A stretch of 64,000 nucleotides of DNA from Fibrobacterota bacterium (GTDB lineage Bacteria > Fibrobacterota > Fibrobacteria > UBA11236), in contig JAQBPN010000070.1 in NCBI GenBank assembly GCA_028287505.1, positions 3,671 through 67,670 on the forward strand, written 5' to 3'. Positions 62,559 through 64,000 of the stretch are shown piece after piece. Positions within the stretch are counted from its first letter, which is position 1. Each line of letters starts with the position of its first letter. Position numbers and translations under genes: made by a program. The notes under the pieces were generated by a model that made no database searches, was not told the origin of the DNA, and worked only from the letters and a program-made list of their open reading frames with translations.

Positions 62559-64000
62559 TCAAATCAGCCCATGGAGGCTTTTCCCGGAGCCGCCCAGGAT
62601 ATCCACCCTGCGTGCCGTTTCGGGGTCCGGTTCCAGGGCCGGGGCATGATAGGGTTTGATGCGGGCGTCGATAATCAAAGCCCCGCGGCATCCCCAATGC
62701 TTGTCCTCCGTCATGGCCCACAATCCGTGCACGTCCCGGGCGGGATCGGAACGGGTGAACGCCGTCCAGAGGAAATTGTCCAGGGATTTGGCGGCGAAGG
62801 CGGAATCGTCCACCAGGACCACTAGGGGAAAGCCTTTGAGCATGGCGTATCCGGGCGCGTCCGGATTCCCGAAATCCTCCTCCCATTTCCGGATCAACCG
62901 ATTGAGGTCGACCCGGGCCGCGGCCGGATCCCGGAAGGCGGGAGCGGAGATGGCAAGCACGCCCGGCATGACCAAGGCTACGTCGGTGAATCCTGCCGGC
63001 AGGCTTTGTTCCAGGGCGGACGGGACTTCCCGGCCCAACTCCCTGCGCCTGTCCCCCGCCGCGGCGATCACGACCTTGGATCCCGCATTAAGGCCGGTGC
63101 CGCTGTAGTCAAGGGTATCCATGGTGGTACGGGTCTGGAAATGGAGATCCGCCCTCCAGTCGGCGCGCTCCAACACATGCCGGAAAAACGCTTCCACGTC
63201 CCGGATGTCCAGGCGCGGCGCGTCTTCGCTCGCGGCGATGAGCAGGTATTTCGCCAAGGACAGCTGGCCGAAGCCGAGCACCGCATTCGCGATGGTGAGG
63301 AGTTCGCGGGGTTTGCGATCCGCGTAAGGCACGTACCTTTCGCTGCCCAATGCGAGCAGGAGCGGATGCACTCCCGAGGCCTCCACCGCATGCACCGCAT
63401 GCAGCCCGGGGATTTCCGCGGGCAATACCGGACCGGCGAATTCATGGATCAATTCCGCCAGATGCGAATCCTCCTGGGGCGGCCGTCCCACCACCGTGAA
63501 CGGCCAAATGGCGTCGCGGCGATGGTAAACCTTGTCCACCTCCATCACCGGGAAGGGATGGGCCAAACTGTAATACCCGAGATGATCGCCGAAAGGACCT
63601 TCCGGCAATGTGCGCGCGGGATCGATGGTGCCTGTGATGCAGAAATCCGCGTCCGCGGAAAGCAGATGGCCGTTCCTGGACCCATGACCGAAGCGGCGGC
63701 CGGCCAGCATGCCGGCGAAAAACACTTCGGGCACGCCTTCCGGCAAAGGCATTACCGCGGACAGGGCATGGGCCGGCGGTCCGCCCACGAACACGCTGAC
63801 GCGCAGCTTTTCCCCGCGGCGGATGGCCGCATGGTGATGCACGCCGATCCCGCGATGGATCTGGTAATGAAAGCCCAATTCGCGGCCGGGACTGAACTCT
63901 CCGCCGGAAAGCTGGATGCGGTACATCCCCAGGTTGGAAAAGCGCAGGCCGGGTTTGTCGGGATGTTCGGTGTAGACCTGGGGCAAGGTGATATAGGCCC
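62559..64000 (-). CDS. UbiD family decarboxylase, partial (5' end beyond the window)
   Basis: NLGMYR, EGPFGDHLGYY, VVGRPPQED, DTLDY, IIDARIK. Confidence 0.92.
   Translation of the reverse strand, partial: AYITLPQVYTEHPDKPGLRFSNLGMYRIQLSGGEFSPGRELGFHYQIHRGIGVHHHAAIRRGEKLRVSVFVGGPPAHALSAVMPLPEGVPEVFFAGMLAGRRFGHGSRNGHLLSADADFCITGTIDPARTLPEGPFGDHLGYYSLAHPFPVMEVDKVYHRRDAIWPFTVVGRPPQEDSHLAELIHEFAGPVLPAEIPGLHAVHAVEASGVHPLLLALGSERYVPYADRKPRELLTIANAVLGFGQLSLAKYLLIAASEDAPRLDIRDVEAFFRHVLERADWRADLHFQTRTTMDTLDYSGTGLNAGSKVVIAAAGDRRRELGREVPSALEQSLPAGFTDVALVMPGVLAISAPAFRDPAAARVDLNRLIRKWEEDFGNPDAPGYAMLKGFPLVVLVDDSAFAAKSLDNFLWTAFTRSDPARDVHGLWAMTEDKHWGCRGALIIDARIKPYHAPALEPDPETARRVDILGGSGKSLHGLI

Noticed and set aside
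61458..62825. 455-aa plus-strand ORF spanning the fold-back element and ung
   Set aside because: Antisense to ung, with no transposase or other recognisable motifs.

Overview
High-GC bacterial chromosomal segment, mostly housekeeping genes. The gene repertoire suggests Fibrobacterota or a related FCB lineage; this is an inference and no search was run. Recognisable genes: mgsA, proS, two class A PBP paralogs flanking a double-HTH GntR/LacI-type regulator, tRNA-Arg(ACG), degP, thrC, a DUF4912/GH57 glycogen-branching pair, proC, rho, a folK-deoxynucleoside kinase fusion, panC, serC, queF, hisS, surE, gyrA, zwf, a geranylgeranyl reductase, ung and a partial UbiD. I saw no CRISPR array, integrase, transposase or prophage. 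Four things stand out. (1) A divergent signalling island at 24.9-34.5 kb: TonB-dependent receptor, YfiR and hybrid kinase on one side; on the other, a FecR-like protein interrupted by eight 16-aa repeats, an OM barrel and an Hpt-REC-GGDEF-REC cyclase. Together they could form an undescribed trans-envelope phosphorelay to c-di-GMP. (2) Two adjacent unknown genes (55.4-57.2 kb) share a homologous ~145-aa domain and converge on an atypical membrane Ser/Thr kinase. (3) Several long fold-back or REP-like intergenic elements. (4) A recurring TANNNT box 5-8 nt before start codons, suggesting widespread leaderless mRNAs. Start codons were adjusted by eye, and family calls come from motif recognition only.
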